A stretch of 64,000 nt of DNA from the NCBI GenBank assembly GCA_043228905.1, contig JBHGNT010000022.1:10354001-10418000 (forward strand), written 5' to 3'. A program made the position numbers and the translations under genes. How positions within the stretch are numbered: the stretch's first letter is position 1; every line of letters begins with the position of its first letter. A model generated the notes under the pieces. The model was not told the origin of the DNA, ran no database searches, and saw nothing but the letters and a program-made list of their open reading frames with translations. The DNA is from Azolla caroliniana. Taxonomy: Eukaryota; Plantae; Polypodiophyta. Shown here piece by piece: positions 26,092-39,300 of the stretch.

Positions 26092-26134
<43 letters not shown>

Positions 26135-26456
26135 CTACTCTCACTTCGCATAAAAATGAGCAACGACATCAAACTGTTTGCCCTAAGTCATATTTATACA
26201 CATATGACTTTCGGGCTATTTACAAATATAGCCTGAAGGGCCCTTGGCAAACATATTCACAAATATGTCCCCGCATCCGGATCTCTCTCCGGGTACATTC
26301 GTCATCCGGCTCCGTAGCCGGGGTCTTCATCATCCGGCTCCGTAGCCGGGGTCTTCATCGTCCGGCTCCGGAATCGTAACCGTAACCGTAACCGTAACCG
26401 GGATTGCCGTCATTCATCTCCGGACATCCCATCCGGAGGGACCGAAAATCCCAACA
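25828..26456 (-). mobile_element. Solo LTR (629 bp), probably copia
   Basis: TGTTG...CAACA, perfect TSD GGGTT, (CT)n, 27-bp tandem repeats and (CGTAAC)n. Confidence 0.9.
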
Positions 26457-26904
26457 GGGTTCATGCCGACGGAGCTGATGTACGGGCAGAAGCCGATCAT
26501 GCCGATGGAGAGAATGATCTCCTTGTGGGCCGCGGTGGACTGGAGAGATGAGATGAGCTGGGAAGAGCTGTTAGCGGCACGAATCCAATAGCTCGATCGA
26601 AGACCGGAGGATGTGCAACGAGCGACAACGAAGATGTGTGCTGCAAGGACAAAGAACAAGGTGCGATTCGACCGGACTCACCGGCTACAACCAAGGAAAA
26701 TCGAGGAAGGCGACCGGGTTCTAGTCTACGACAACAGCCTTGACAACCAAGAGGACGAACCAGACCCATAGGGCATGGATGGCGAGGATGACCGGTTCAG
26801 AGCAGGTGACGAACCGGAGAGCGAAAGATAATCGCGGGCCAGTCTTCTCCGGGAAAAGTCTATTCTGGCGCATACGAGAGGATGCACGGTTAGGTGGGGG
26901 CGGA

Positions 26905-27512
26905 TGTCGTGGAGAAAACCGTCCCTAGGAGGAATTGGTGGATGGTGTGTGTGAACCGGCCCTTACACACAGGCACATGCTTTATTATATTTACATACAT
27001 AGTTAAGTACAGGCCAACGATGTAATTATCCTTGGTAGCACTAATTCATTAAGTAGGGAATCGAAGAGGATCTCTGTCCGAAAGGGCAGAGAATAACAGT
27101 GATTTAACAGTCTGTAAACGGCTCTCTCTCCTTGTGCTATAAAAGGAGAGGAAAAGGGCCTGAGTAGGGATCGCGCGTTTTGAGAGGACGAAGTGTTGTC
27201 GGACTAGGAACCAAGCTCTCTCCTCCACCATCGTTGTTGCAGGGATTTTGGGTTAGGTTGGTTGCCTCTGCTGCGTGAAAGCCCGCGTGCTTCTGGTAGA
27301 GGCTCCACCACGTATTTCAGTGGGTTGAGTCTATCACCGGTTTGCCGGTTGTAACATTTCAAGCTGTAATCTATATTGTTATTGGAATTTATTCTTTCGT
27401 TTCTGTCTCTCTGTGTTTCTGCGAATCTCTCTTCCTTCTCTCTCTCACACTCCTCGGTTCAGGGCCCCGCGGTCCCGCCTTATTTCATACACGTGAGCAT
27501 AACAACACAACA
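26905..27512 (+). repeat. 3' LTR of D
   Basis: Reverse-complement match to 37058-37680; preceded by PPT. Confidence 0.92.
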
Positions 27513-28137
27513 ATGTGGATTCACAAGAGGAGTTACCATTAGATGAGGAAACAATGAAAGAAATCCGAATGCAACAAGAAGCTACAGAAAGAGAAATGAA
27601 GGTATCTCAACGGGTTCAGGTGGCGGCATTAGAGGAAGTAAATTTGGCAGAAGATGATAATGGGCTTTAACCGAAAACAGTGTTGGTGGCTAAAGATATG
27701 AGAGTGGCAAATAAGCAACGATTACATTGGTTACTAAAGCAATATAAGGATATTTTTGCTTGGTCTTTTGAAGACATGAAAGGGCTAGATCCAGCTTTCT
27801 GCCAACACCAAATTAACTTGCATAAAGATGTGAGACCGGTTCAACAACACAGGTATCGTTTAAATCCTAATTATGCAATTAAAGTTAAAGAGGAAATAGC
27901 TAACTCCTGAAGGTAAGGTTTATTCGACCAATAAAAAAAGCTACATGGCTAAGTCTGATTGTAGTTGTTCCGAAAAAGAATGGGAAAATTCGAGTATGCG
28001 TCGACTACCGGAAACTGAATGCAGCAACAATAATGGACGCATTTCCATTACCATTTACGGATGGGATATTGGATGCAGTCGTTGGTCATGAAATGTATAG
28101 TTTCCTAGATGGATTTAGTGGATATAATCAGGTAAGA
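27513..28137 (+). pseudogene. Element C pol fragment (linker and RT N-half), inverted
   Basis: FAWSFEDMKGLDP...YSFLDGFSGYNQVR; the continuation is at 10097(-). Confidence 0.88.
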
Positions 28138-28624
28138 TTGGACCTAAGTGAGATTGACCGCGTGAAGCTCCAGCTTGTAGCATTATTCGACATGAAGGAT
28201 CTGGGGGACCTTCATTACTTCCTCGGGATCGAAATGATCCGCACCCCCGAAGGCATACTGATCAGCCAACGACTTTACGTGTTGAGTATGCTCTTCAAAT
28301 TCGGGATGGTCGACTGTAAGTCCTTCTTGACTCCTCTTGATAGAACTATCAAGCTTCGCCCCGAGTCTGGAAAGGTATGCGACCCGACGAGGTTCCGACA
28401 GATAGTCGGAAGCCTTATATATATACTTGACTATCACCCGACTAGATCTCAGCTACCCAGTCGGGGTGATTAGTCAGTTCATGGCGCGACCAACCAAGGA
28501 GCATTTTCATTGCGCACAATGTGTACTCCGGTACATCAGTGGCACTAAGGACTGGGGTTCCTATATTGGACCGGTACAACCCCGTAGTTGGTTGGCTACA
28601 CTGATGCCGAATGGGCCTACAATG

Positions 28625-29064
28625 TGTTGTCCGCCAGAATAGTAACCGCCAGACAAAAGCGTAGGAATAAGAAATAATATAAGATCATAACGCATGTAAC
28701 GGTTCACGCAGGAAGCATGAATGGCTAAATAGACCCTGCGTATATAAAGGGCAGAAAACCTCTGATAGAGGGAGCGTGTAATTTTGGGAATGTAAAGAAA
28801 CGTCTCATAATAGAATTCTATCTTCTGTGATTTCCTGTGTATTGCTACGGCTAATTCAGTATGTGTGTCTTGAATACCTAAGCGTTTAAGTACGTAAATG
28901 TAATGCTTGATAGGGATTCAGTTGTAGCCGTCTCCCTTATACGCTGATAGGTTACAGGGAACCTTCCCCTACGCATTACGCTTAGACACATGTTCGTTGT
29001 TCCAAACCCATTTGGAGGTCTAGGTCCAAGGACTGACTGCGGACCGTGTTCCTAATTGGCAACA
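28625..29064 (+). repeat. 5' LTR of F
   Basis: TGTTG...CAACA, TATATAAAG at 28741. Confidence 0.9.
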
Positions 29065-29352
29065 CATTTGGCATGCTTGGTGATCTGTGTTTTCTCACAG
29101 ACGAGCAACAACGAATGGATGTTTAGCCGCAGATGCCCCAGAGAACCAACACGACAAGACTGGCCAATAACAAGGTTCGTCACACGCTAGGCAGAAGAAC
29201 GCGCACGGCAAAAGCCGCGCCTCAACAACCTCAGTACTACCTGCCGTGAGTACAAAGATGATTCTTCGCTCTCCAAATACCTCGACGAGACACAGTGACT
29301 ACGCTGACCACAGCCACCCAGTGGTCTTTCCCGACCCGTCGTAGCCCCCACC

Positions 29353-32300
29353 ATGGCCTTTGCCTACCCCCACTTTAATGGCGAAACCGACGCCGCAACG
29401 CATATTCGCATGTTCTTGAATGTCTGGAATGCGAACCAGATGGCGTAGAGCCTTTCAGAGGCGGAAGCACACCAGTCGAAAATGACGGAGTTCGGGTTAA
29501 CATTAGATGGGCGAGCCGCGTTTTGGCATTCACAGATGCATTTACCAGCAATAACAACCTTCGATCAGCTGTAGTCCGCGTTCTTGCGATTCTTCCATCG
29601 GAGGGTTCCACAATGCGAAATCCTCGGACAGTTTTATACGATTAAGCAACTGCCGACAGAGACGATAGCGGACTTCAGCTTACGCTTCCAAAATTTACGA
29701 CGAAAACTGGAACGGAGCCCCGCAAAAGACGAGGCTCGGGAAACATTTCTGGCAGCTTTACGCCGGCCCATCCGGGCAACAGTCAACAACAATAGCATGA
29801 AAGGGGAAATGACGGATATGGTAATTGAACGAGCGTTACAGCTCGAGTTGGATGATGAGGAGGAAAGGTTTTCTATGTCCTCCTTACGACAAGCGTTGCC
29901 TCAAGATGAGGAACGCCAGTTTCGTCAAGCAATCCAGTGCACGATTTGCTTGAACTCGGGGCATTCCGCAGTGGACTATAATATGCGAATCCACTACCCA
30001 ATCTGTCACTCAAAGGCTCACACAGTCGACCAATGCGAGTACAATATGTTAAACAGAGCCCCTCCCGCAGTCCGCAGCATGGACACACAGTGTCAACCAC
30101 ACCAGATTGAACAAAGGAGGCAAGAAGACCGACTCCAGTATAAGGATCGCAACCTACGGGAGGACTGGTACCACCGGAATCACCGAAATCACAACGATTC
30201 TGAGGAGGACTACCCAGAGGACGAGGATTATCGTGGACATCCGAGTTACGCCAAAGGCGGTCGGCGCTACGAGAATCAACGACCAATAAACAAACGGGGT
30301 GACTTCAATGGTTATCGTGGTAAGCCACAACAATATCGGGATCACCGGCGTTACGACGAAAGCTCGAGGGAAGAGCGGCACTAGGAACAACGACGGGACC
30401 AACAACAGCCACCGCGTACGTTCTGACAAACGAGGCCGAACCGTGAGGAGCGAGTAGCACTAGGGGAGCGGCACACACCACTAGGAGTTGAGAAAGGTGA
30501 ATCAAGCATCCATTGTTTTATTTGTCAGCAACCCAGACATTATGCCACGCAATGCCCAACACGCAAGGGAAAGGGTCCCGCTGTCAATACGATTACGGTG
30601 GAGGTGCAGCAAGTCATGACACGCCAGGAAACAAAAACGGTTGATTGGGCTGCGCAAGACGAGGTACGTGGACAAGCCCAAGCGTGAGTGGAAAAAGCAA
30701 ACGCGACAAATACGGAACGTATGCTGAAGGAGTCTGCGAACACAATGGAGCGAGCAAAGGACGAAAGACCTGTCCCAGACCCCATTTGGCAGGCGTTAGC
30801 GGGCTGTGAGATAACGTTAACCATGGAGAAACTACTGCAGCTAGTCCCACGCTTCCGCTAGACCATGGAAGAATGGGTGACAGGCATACCCGGGGTGAGT
30901 ATCGCTACAAACCTTACAGACGTCAGCAGTGGACCGCCGGTAGTGGATCAACACAACCCGACTATTACATTAATATTACACGGACAGGAAATTCCTGGAT
31001 GTGTAATCGACCGCGCCTCAGGCATCAATGTAATTAGCGCGAAAACTTGCGAGCAGTTAGGCATTGCAAAATGGGAGGCTTGCCCATTCTGGCTCCGAAT
31101 GGCAGATACCTGCTCAATACGACCATTAGGGTTAATTCGCAAAATCAACATTATCGTGGGCGGACACCGATTCGACATCTCGGCGGTCGTCCTCGCCTTG
31201 GACGCCCCAGGGGCGTACCCAGTGCTTCTGGGCAGACCACCGCTTCGGGCAGCAAACATCAAGCAGAGCTGGCAACACAAGTGTATTAGTTTCCGACACG
31301 GACGCACCAAGGTTCGCGTACCTACGGAAGGAAGCACGCCACAACCGAAGGGTATAACACCATTATATGCAGAAGATATAAATATGCTGGCTAGGGTGGA
31401 GGATGCAGAATTGGAGGCATACCTCGACGAGCACCCTCGGATTATTCCGCTGTTTGGAATAGACGTCATTGCAACCGCGACAGAATATGCCACGACCACT
31501 GTTCTCCACGACGAGCCTTACGAACCAAACCTAGAGTCCATATTGGAACTCAATAGAGCACGGGCGGCATTCAAAAGGGAAATGGAGATTTCTCGACGAG
31601 TCACCGCTTCCGCCCTCGAAGAAGTAAATATGGGTACGGAATCGGAGCCTCGTTTCCTCTCCATCGCAAAGGAATTAAGGCCGGACCAGAGAAAAACGAT
31701 GATCGCACTACTCACGGAATATAAGGATGTGTTCGCTTGGGTTCATGAGGACATGAAGGGGTTAGATCCCAAGTTCTATTAGCATAAGATCAATTTAGCA
31801 ACCGACGCGAAACTCGTCCAGCAGCGCCGCTACCGCATGAACCCAAACTACGCGACTCGTGTGAAAGAAGAAATTGACAAGCTCCTAAAGGCGGTGTTCA
31901 TACGACCAGTTAAACAAGCGACATGGTTAAGCCTGATAGTGGTTGTTCCAAAGATAAACAGCAAATATACGGGTATGCGTAGATTACCGAAAATTAAACG
32001 CCGTCACCATTACAGATGCATTTCCCTTACCCTTCACCGATAGCATACTGGATGTTGTCGCAGGCTATGAGATGTACAGTTTTTTAGATGGCTTCAGTGG
32101 CTATAACCAGGTACACATGCATCCCGAGGACCAAGAAAAGACGGCATTTGTCACGGACCGGGGAGTATATGTGATAGTCGTCATGATGTTCGGGCTAAAG
32201 ACGGCGCCGGCAACATTCCAATGGACAATTACGGAGATCTTTGGGGAATACATTCCTGAGTTCATGCAAGTTATTTTAGACGATTTTGCGGTATATGGGA

Positions 32301-34466
32301 GAACAATAGACCATTTTTCGCACTTACAACTGTGCCTGGAACGTTGCCGCACCGCACGCTTAAGCCTGAATCTCGCAAAATGTGCTTTTGGCGTGACCAG
32401 CGGGACTCTCTTGGGCCATATAGTCAGCAAGGAGGGAATAGCGGTTGACCTGAAAAAAATCTCCGCGATTACGCAAGCCAACACTCCGACAAACGCCAAA
32501 TCACTCAACTGGTTTTTGGGACAAATACGGTGGCATAGTCGGATGATATGGTATTTGGCGGACTTCGCCACGCCGTTACACGCTGCCATACATCAGACTC
32601 CTTTGCACTGGACTGCCACGGAGGATAAGGCCTATGAGGCACTTAAGATAATGCTCCCATCGTACAACCACCAGTTTCGGCGAAGCCATTCCACGTGTTC
32701 GTCGACGCCTCGGACATAGCAATAGGAAGTGCACTAATGTAGCTCACCAAACCAAGCTGGTACCGGCCAGTATACTACGCTAGTCGCAAATTATCAACAA
32801 CAGAGCGTAACTACTCCACAACGGAGCGGGAGGCGCTAGGGATGATCTATAGCATCAATAAATTTCGGCACTATTTATTAGGAAGGAAATTCATGTTCCA
32901 CGTGGATCATTCAACACTTATGTATTTGGTGGAGAAACAAGCCTTGATAGGGAAATTGGCGCGGTGGATGCTGGTGCTCCAGGAATTCAATTTCGTAATT
33001 CAGCACCAACCAGGGACGCAACACGCAGTGGCGGATTTTTTGAGCAGACTCAAGAATGGAGAAACTTTACAGAAATATGACGACGATTTTCCGGATGCCG
33101 ACATCCTGTGGGTAGCAACACTAGTAGAAAGAACAGAATCGACCTTTCTGGACCGGTGGCTTATGGAAATGATGTACTTTTCAACTACGGGACTGCCTCC
33201 ACCACAATTACGCACGGACGAGAAGAAATGACTAGCCGTCCGAAGCTGTCACTTCTGCCTCGTCGAAGGCATTTTATATCACAAAGGAAGTGACGGCATT
33301 TGGTGACGTGGGGTACGTCAGGATGAGAAGGAAGCAGTTTTACGGGAGGCACACTGCGGCACGACAGGCGGCCATTACGCGGGCGACGTTACAGCCCGAA
33401 AAGTATGGCAGGCGGGCTTATGGTGGCCAACAACGCAGAAGGATGCATCCGAGTATGTAGAAAGTGTGATTTGTGTCAACGGATGGGACCGCCCGTGGAG
33501 GGCGCAAGGATGCCACACTAGCCCATATTACCACTAGACCCCTTCCAAAAGTGGGGACTGGATTTTGTGGGGCCCTTCACACCAGCGGCGGCTCGTACGG
33601 GCAATAAATACATATTGGTAGCCACGGATTACTGCACCAAATGGGTAGAAGCAAAGGCACTACGTGAAAATACGACGACCGTCACAGCTAGATTCCTTTA
33701 CGAGCACATCTGGTGCCGGTTCAGCTGTCCAATTGAGCTCATCAGTGACCAGGGGAGTCACTTTGTCAATACGGTGGTTCGGGAACTAACACATCATTAA
33801 ACCGTAGTCCATCAGAAGAGCACGCCATATTATCCGCAGGCGAATGGATTAGAAGAATCCACCAAGAAGATGTTATAGACCATTTTGAAGAAAATGGTCA
33901 ATGAAAATAGAACGGACTGGGATACCAAACTACAAAGTGCGTTGTGGGCGTACAGAACCAGCTACAAAACAAGCATACAGTCAACACCGTTTTGACTAGC
34001 GTTTGGGCTGGAGGCTGTGATGCCAGTCGAATTTCAGGTACCTAGTTTGAGAATTCAGGTACGAAACCGACTATCAGAAGCCAAGTTGGAGGAGGTACGA
34101 CTCTACCAACTCCTCGAACTAGGGGAAAAACGCCTCCACAACATGGCTGTGTTGGAGTAGGAACAACGACAGCGTAAAGCGTTTGTGGATCGACATCGGA
34201 ACGCAAGGGAAAAGGAGTTCTCCGTGGGTCGAGCAGTGCTGGTTTTCCAAACTCGCATGGGCCATATGCCGAGGAAGTTACGATTCCGTTGGACCGGCCC
34301 ATACTGAATAATTGGAGCGGAACAAGGCACATTCCAACTAGGTACGCTGGCCGGGGAAGTAGTCCGGCAAAAGGTGAATGGGTTTCGGCTTAAACCTTAC
34401 CTGGGCCCTACACCACCGAACCCATTCACCACCGACCAGGACAGAGCCGGAGAACTTGCACCGTAA
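29353..34466 (+). pseudogene. Element F gag-pol (two zinc-knuckle regions, PR, RT, RH, INT)
   Basis: CTICLNSGH, VIDRASGIN, FLDGFSGYNQV, ILDDF, YYASRKLS, KWGLDFVGPF; many stops and frameshifts. Confidence 0.92.
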
Positions 34467-34591
34467 ATGAGCGGCCCCACTTGTACCATAATGTAAAAAT
34501 AGGTTGTAGATAACCGTTAGGAGAAGATAGTGACTATTAAAATGACTAAAGACATGCACAAACTCCTAGTCCAAGAACACGCGGCACCACG

Positions 34592-35400
34592 ATGGCTCAC
34601 CGCCCAATGAACCCTAAGCCACAAAAAGAAGGAAACAGAACATTTTCTGCACAAAACAGAAACTCATCTTCTAGCTATCAACGCTTCCATCGCTCCTCCC
34701 CCTCACCTTCTCCTCCATCCTATCACACAGCTACAACCCAGCACAACCATCAGTTTCCTTCCCACGAACCTCCTCTGGCGATGACGATCTATATCTCTAC
34801 TGCCTTACGCCGATGGCTCGTGGAGAAATGCTTGGATGGGTACATCCGGGTCGCAGAAGCACCCCCACACCCGGATGCCATGAACATCGCCAGGAAGCTT
34901 AACATCGACACGGTCACCAACTCCTCCATCCAGAAGAAGTTGGACCTGTCATCGCTAGGCGAAAGGCATTTCGACATCCCTCCTGCAGAGGCGCTGCAGC
35001 AATATTTCGGGCCATATTCCTCCTCCGCCAAGGTCTATAGAACCAAGCAGATTCCGGATTCCTTCTTCCGTGAAGTGGCCAAGTTCCTGCTAGAAGTCGG
35101 TTGCGTACCTTTGAGGGGCGCGCAGTAGATTGGGGGATCATCACAGGGCCGACGTTAAGGGAAGGCCTGCATGCATACCAGGCAGGCAAAAAGCTCAGGC
35201 CGATCATACAACAATACCTTACGGTACTATTTCCACCCCGAGGCCTGCCGGCACCAAAGCCTAGCCGGCCCACGCCTCGCCCCGATCCACAAAGCGCAGG
35301 TTAGCAGAGTTATCGGCCCCAGAGTGGGAAGAGGAACCCCAAACCGCCCAGAGTGACCCCCAAGGACAACACCACCTACCAACCAGCCAGACAGCCGAGT
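34592..35400 (+). pseudogene. Extra 3' ORF of F, N-terminal part
   Basis: Near-identical protein to 17530-18332(-) apart from a small deletion. Confidence 0.82.
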
Positions 35401-36260
35401 ATAGAGGAGCGGCTATCACGACATGTGAAGCCATATGGTTGAAACGGCTACTTAAGGATCTACAAGAGAAGGTGTCTGATCCGGCAATGATCTACTGTGA
35501 CAACCTCAACAACATCCAGCTAGCAAAGAACCCCGTTTTCCACGCCCGGACTAAGCACATTGAGCTGCACTACCATTTCATTTGTGAGCATGTCCTCTTG
35601 GGTGAAGTTGAACTTCAGTATGTTCTGACAGATCGGCAGACCGTTGACATCTTCACCAAGCGTCTTGGTCTGGACAAGTTGCGGCAATTCTCGGGTGCAC
35701 TTGGGTTGCGTTACCTCGACATGCCGAACTTGAGGGGGAGAGACGTCCCGAATGACCATGGAAGGGGGAGAGAAGTTCCAGAAGACCGTGATGCTGAGTC
35801 GGGTGATGAATTCGATTCCGGATCGGATGAAGAAGCCGAGGGCGGATCTGCGGAAGATTCCGAAAGCGGACATAAGGGGAGCAGCCGGAAGAAAGAGCCG
35901 AAGCTAGCCACGCATGGGGGAGATGAAGTTATCAAGGGCGAGAAGACCTAAGACGAGTTGGAGACAACCAACTCGGACGAAAGCGAAAACCGATCGGATG
36001 AAGTCGAGTCGATTCGGATGTTTGATTCAGATACGTTGAATCAACCAAGGACCAAGCGGAAGAGAAGGCAGCAGAAGAGGTGCCAACACCGCAACAACAA
36101 GGAAGCTGAGAAGGGCCAAATGAGCAGACAAGCCGACCGAAAGGGTTGAAGTGCGCAGAATCGAACGGGTCGAGGAGCGTGAGCAAGGCGTGAAGCCAGA
36201 AGGAACTGGAGCGTAGATCCGGAAGAGTGGAGGGAACCTCAAGTTGAGCTTGAGGGGGAG

Positions 36261-36553
36261 TCTTGAATGACAAGCTCAACATTGAGTGCGTAATACGGTG
36301 CGTAACCCAGTGCATAGACTGGGTGCGTAAAACAATACACATAACGTGGCTGTATCGGTGTGTAAACCGAAAGGCCATTAGTATGGTATTCCTCATAAGG
36401 AATAATTTTGGGAGTTAGTGTAGTAGGCTCATTTATGAGCATTCAAGTACTGTTAGTACTTGTGTTAGCCCGATAGTCAGGGCTTGTATAAAAGTGCTCA
36501 CTGAGCACATCCTATGTACAAATTGAGTATTATTTTTTGAAAGAGTTGTTTGT

Positions 36554-36591
<38 letters not shown>

Positions 36592-36678
36592 GCGTACTGT
36601 GTATATTCAAGCTCTCCATTAAACCTGCGTATTTTCTGTGTTCGGTTTTCTACTTGCTTCCGCACGCTATTCTTTTCA
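36261..36678 (+). repeat. 3' LTR of copia H
   Basis: Matches 12500-12927; flank CGAAG versus CAAAG at the 5' LTR (TSD with one mismatch). Confidence 0.9.
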
Positions 36679-37032
36679 CGAAGCTTGTCATCAAGCCCGT
36701 ACCGTTCGAGGAGTCGCGCTTCAAATTCCCCCCATGTCCGACATCTAGCCTGCACCTCGAGCACCTCTGCATGGATGCCCAGTGTTGCCACTCGAGGGAA
36801 CCCAGCCAGATGCCTCTCCTCCGGGATGTCCCTCATCACCATTTCGGCTTGGTAGGCCACCAAATAACTCCTGACGTCCTTCCCATCGAACCAGCCTATT
36901 GTGTCGACAATTGCTTCGATGGCCCTGTCTAGGGCGCCCGTGCCCTCGCGAGCAATTACTATCCAATCGACTGTTGCCGCCATGGCTTCCGCGAGCTTTG
37001 ATCCCCTCATTTTTTATCCCTCTACCACCTTA

Positions 37033-37051
37033 ATTCACGTAAGGTTCACCA
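37033..37051 (-). other. PBS, tRNA-Trp-like (element D)
   Basis: TGGTGAACCTTACGTGAAT versus recalled plant tRNA-Trp complement TGGTGAACCCGACGTGAAT; 6 nt from LTR. Confidence 0.8.
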
Positions 37052-37057
37052 AATTAA

Positions 37058-37680
37058 TGTCGTGTTGTAAAGCTCACGCGTATGAAATAAGGCGGGACCG
37101 CGGGGGCCTTGAACCAAGCAGTGTGAGAGAGAGAAGGAAGAGAGATTCGCAGAAACACAGAGAGATAGAAACAAAAGAATCAATTCGAATAACAATATAG
37201 ATTACAACTTGCAATGTTATAACCGGCAAGCTGGTGACAGATTCAACTCAGACGAACACATGCACCGAAATACATGGTGGAGCCTCTACCGGAAGCACAC
37301 GGGCTTTCACACAGTAGAGGCAACCAACCTAACCCAAAATCCTTGCAACAACGATGGTGGAGGAGAGAGCTCGGTTCCCAGTCTGACAACTCTTCGTCCT
37401 CTCAAAACGCGCGATCCCTACTCAGGCCCTTTTCCTCTCCTTTTATAGAACAAGGAGAGAGAGCCGTTTACAGACTGTTAAATCACTATTATTCTCTGCC
37501 CTTTCGGATAGAGATCCTCTTCGATTCCCTACTTAATGAATTAGTGCTACCTAGGCTAATTACATTGCCGGCCCATACCTAACTATGTATGTAAATATAT
37601 CAAAACATGTGCCCATGTGTAAGGACCGGTTCACGCACACCATCCACCGATTCCTCGTAGGGATGGTTTTCTCCACGACA
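37058..37680 (-). repeat. LTR of D flanked by PPT on one side and PBS on the other
   Basis: TGTCGTG...CACGACA; matches 26905-27512. Confidence 0.92.
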
Positions 37681-38039
37681 TCCGCCCCCACCTAACCGTG
37701 CATCCTTCGGTATGTGCCAGAATAGACTTATGCCGGAGAAGACCAGCCCGCGATTATCTTTCGCTCTCCAGTTCATCACCCGCTCCGAACCGGTCATCCT
37801 CACCTTCCATGCCCTTTAGGTCCGGTTCGTCCTCGTGCCACTTCTTGAACGCCTTGATCCTCTTCCCGGACACCGGCACATCTATTCTCATTCCGTCGAG
37901 TTCCGCGAGGTGGTAGGTACCGTTGGCGCTTGTCACCGCGTAAGGCCTGAACCACCTCCTCGCAAACTTCCGCATTGCCTTGTGCTGGTTGTCGAGGCTG
38001 CTGTCGTAGACTAGAACCCAGTCGCCTTCCTCGAGCTTG

Positions 38040-39300
38040 ATTGATCTCATTGTCTTGGAGCATTCAGGACACATTATTTTTATTGGCTTCTTCTACCCAT
38101 TCCTTGGCTGCTTTCCAAACAGTGTCTTGAATTTCCCACTCTGATTGTTTACTTTTACTTCTAGTGGTCACTTGCTAAAATTTCCGGCATGACCATATGC
38201 ACAACCGATGTGTTTCCTTTTCCTTTAGACGGACATTGATTTGCATAATGTCCATCTTGTCGACAAATATAGCAAGTAGGAACAAATGTTCCACTTCCCT
38301 CGCCTTGCGCAAACTGATGATTTCCATCCTCATTAGAATCTGGAGGTTGTTGAAATTGTCGTGACGCTTTTTGCTTATAGAATTGTTTATTCTTATAACG
38401 ATTTTGTTTAAACCTACCTCCATTGTGTTGTTGATGGTCGTTATCTTGTGCCGCCGAAAAATCTTGATTCTATTGATAATTATTTAGTTGAGTGGTTTCT
38501 TGGTACCCATTATTGAATATATTTCGGTTATTCTGGTATCCATTTTCTGGAAAAATTTGCCGTACCGGCGCCATTGTTTTGTTCAGTAGATTATATTCAC
38601 ATTGCTTGACTAAATGGAGTTTAGAATGACATATTTAACAATGTGTTCGTAAAGTACATTCTATTGCCGAATGCCCAGTATTCAAACAAGTCATACATTG
38701 AACTGCTTGCCGAAACTGCAACTCCTCCAGAGTTGGCAACGTATGATATAATGCCGACGTATCCATACTCCTTACATTTTTTGGATTCCGGCCCATAGTG
38801 ATTGCCTTATCAATCACTTGCTCGATTGTCTGATTCCAGAAATCGAACACTGCTAATGTTGTTCGTAATGGTTCACAAATTGCTTCAAGGAATACACCCT
38901 TCAATTCGTTGTCTGGAATAGGCTTGGAAATTTGGAGTTGTAAATTTTGAAAACGGATGACAAATTGAGACACCGTTTCATGCAGCTCCTGATATAATGC
39001 ATAAAATTGAGCTATCAGATCCTTCTGAGGAATTAGACGATGACATAATTGCAGAAATTTGATGGTTAATTGTTCAAATGTTTCGAATGCATGGAAACCA
39101 TTTTGCGCAAACCAATTAGTGGATTGACCATTTATTAACAAAACAAACTCAACAATTTTAGATTTTTCTTCAGCCGTTGCCAATAGCCTCTGAGCTCCAT
39201 GGTTAATTTCCCATGTTGTCTAGAAGTCCCTAACATGCGCTTCTGCATCAGCTCCTTCCCGAAATTTAGAATACGGGTAAGGCATATTGTCTTCACTCTA
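38040..39300 (-). pseudogene. Element C gag
   Basis: Retrotrans_gag-like ETVSQFVIRFQNL; QFRQAVQCMTCLNTGHSAIEC homologous to F gag. Confidence 0.88.

Larger units (their letters stand above)
21985..26760 (+). pseudogene. Element D pol (RT, RNase H, integrase) interrupted by two solo LTRs
   Basis: RYKTVDRKVRPV, FIQDLQ, DLYSGYDQF, LPQGGTNS, FLDDI; VYV|TVDTSP RNase H; CESCQ, IADRGE, ANGKVE integrase. Confidence 0.9.
12928..27512 (+). mobile_element. Ty3/gypsy element D (tRNA-Trp-primed clade), main body with 3' LTR; contains E and two solo LTRs
   Basis: gag-PR 12933-14727, RT 21985-23193, RH/INT 24480-26760, PPT GGTGGGGGCGGA, LTR 26905-27512. Confidence 0.9.
28625..35400 (+). mobile_element. 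OTA-like gypsy element F, 3'-truncated
   Basis: 5' LTR 28625-29064 homologous to E LTRs, PBS TGGCATGCTTGGT 29069-29081, gag-pol, start of extra ORF; right end fused to copia RNase H. Confidence 0.9.
28138..36678 (+). mobile_element. Copia H, 3' half (RT, RNase H, PPT, 3' LTR), interrupted by F
   Basis: FDMKDLGDLHYFLGIE, RQIVGSL (28138-28624); IYCDN...FHARTKHIELHYHF...DIFTK (35400-35740); PPT GAGGGGGAG; LTR 36261-36678. Confidence 0.9.
36679..38040 (-). mobile_element. Element D 5' part: integrase tail + PPT, LTR, PBS-Trp, gag N-terminus
   Basis: gag MRGSKL...FDGKDV...YGLDDKLR continues at 12933(+); LTR 37058-37680. Confidence 0.88.

Noticed and set aside
36498-37010. 170-aa ORF with an ERERER tail as a host gene
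   Set aside because: It is the D gag N-terminus reading into the (GA)n microsatellite of the H LTR.
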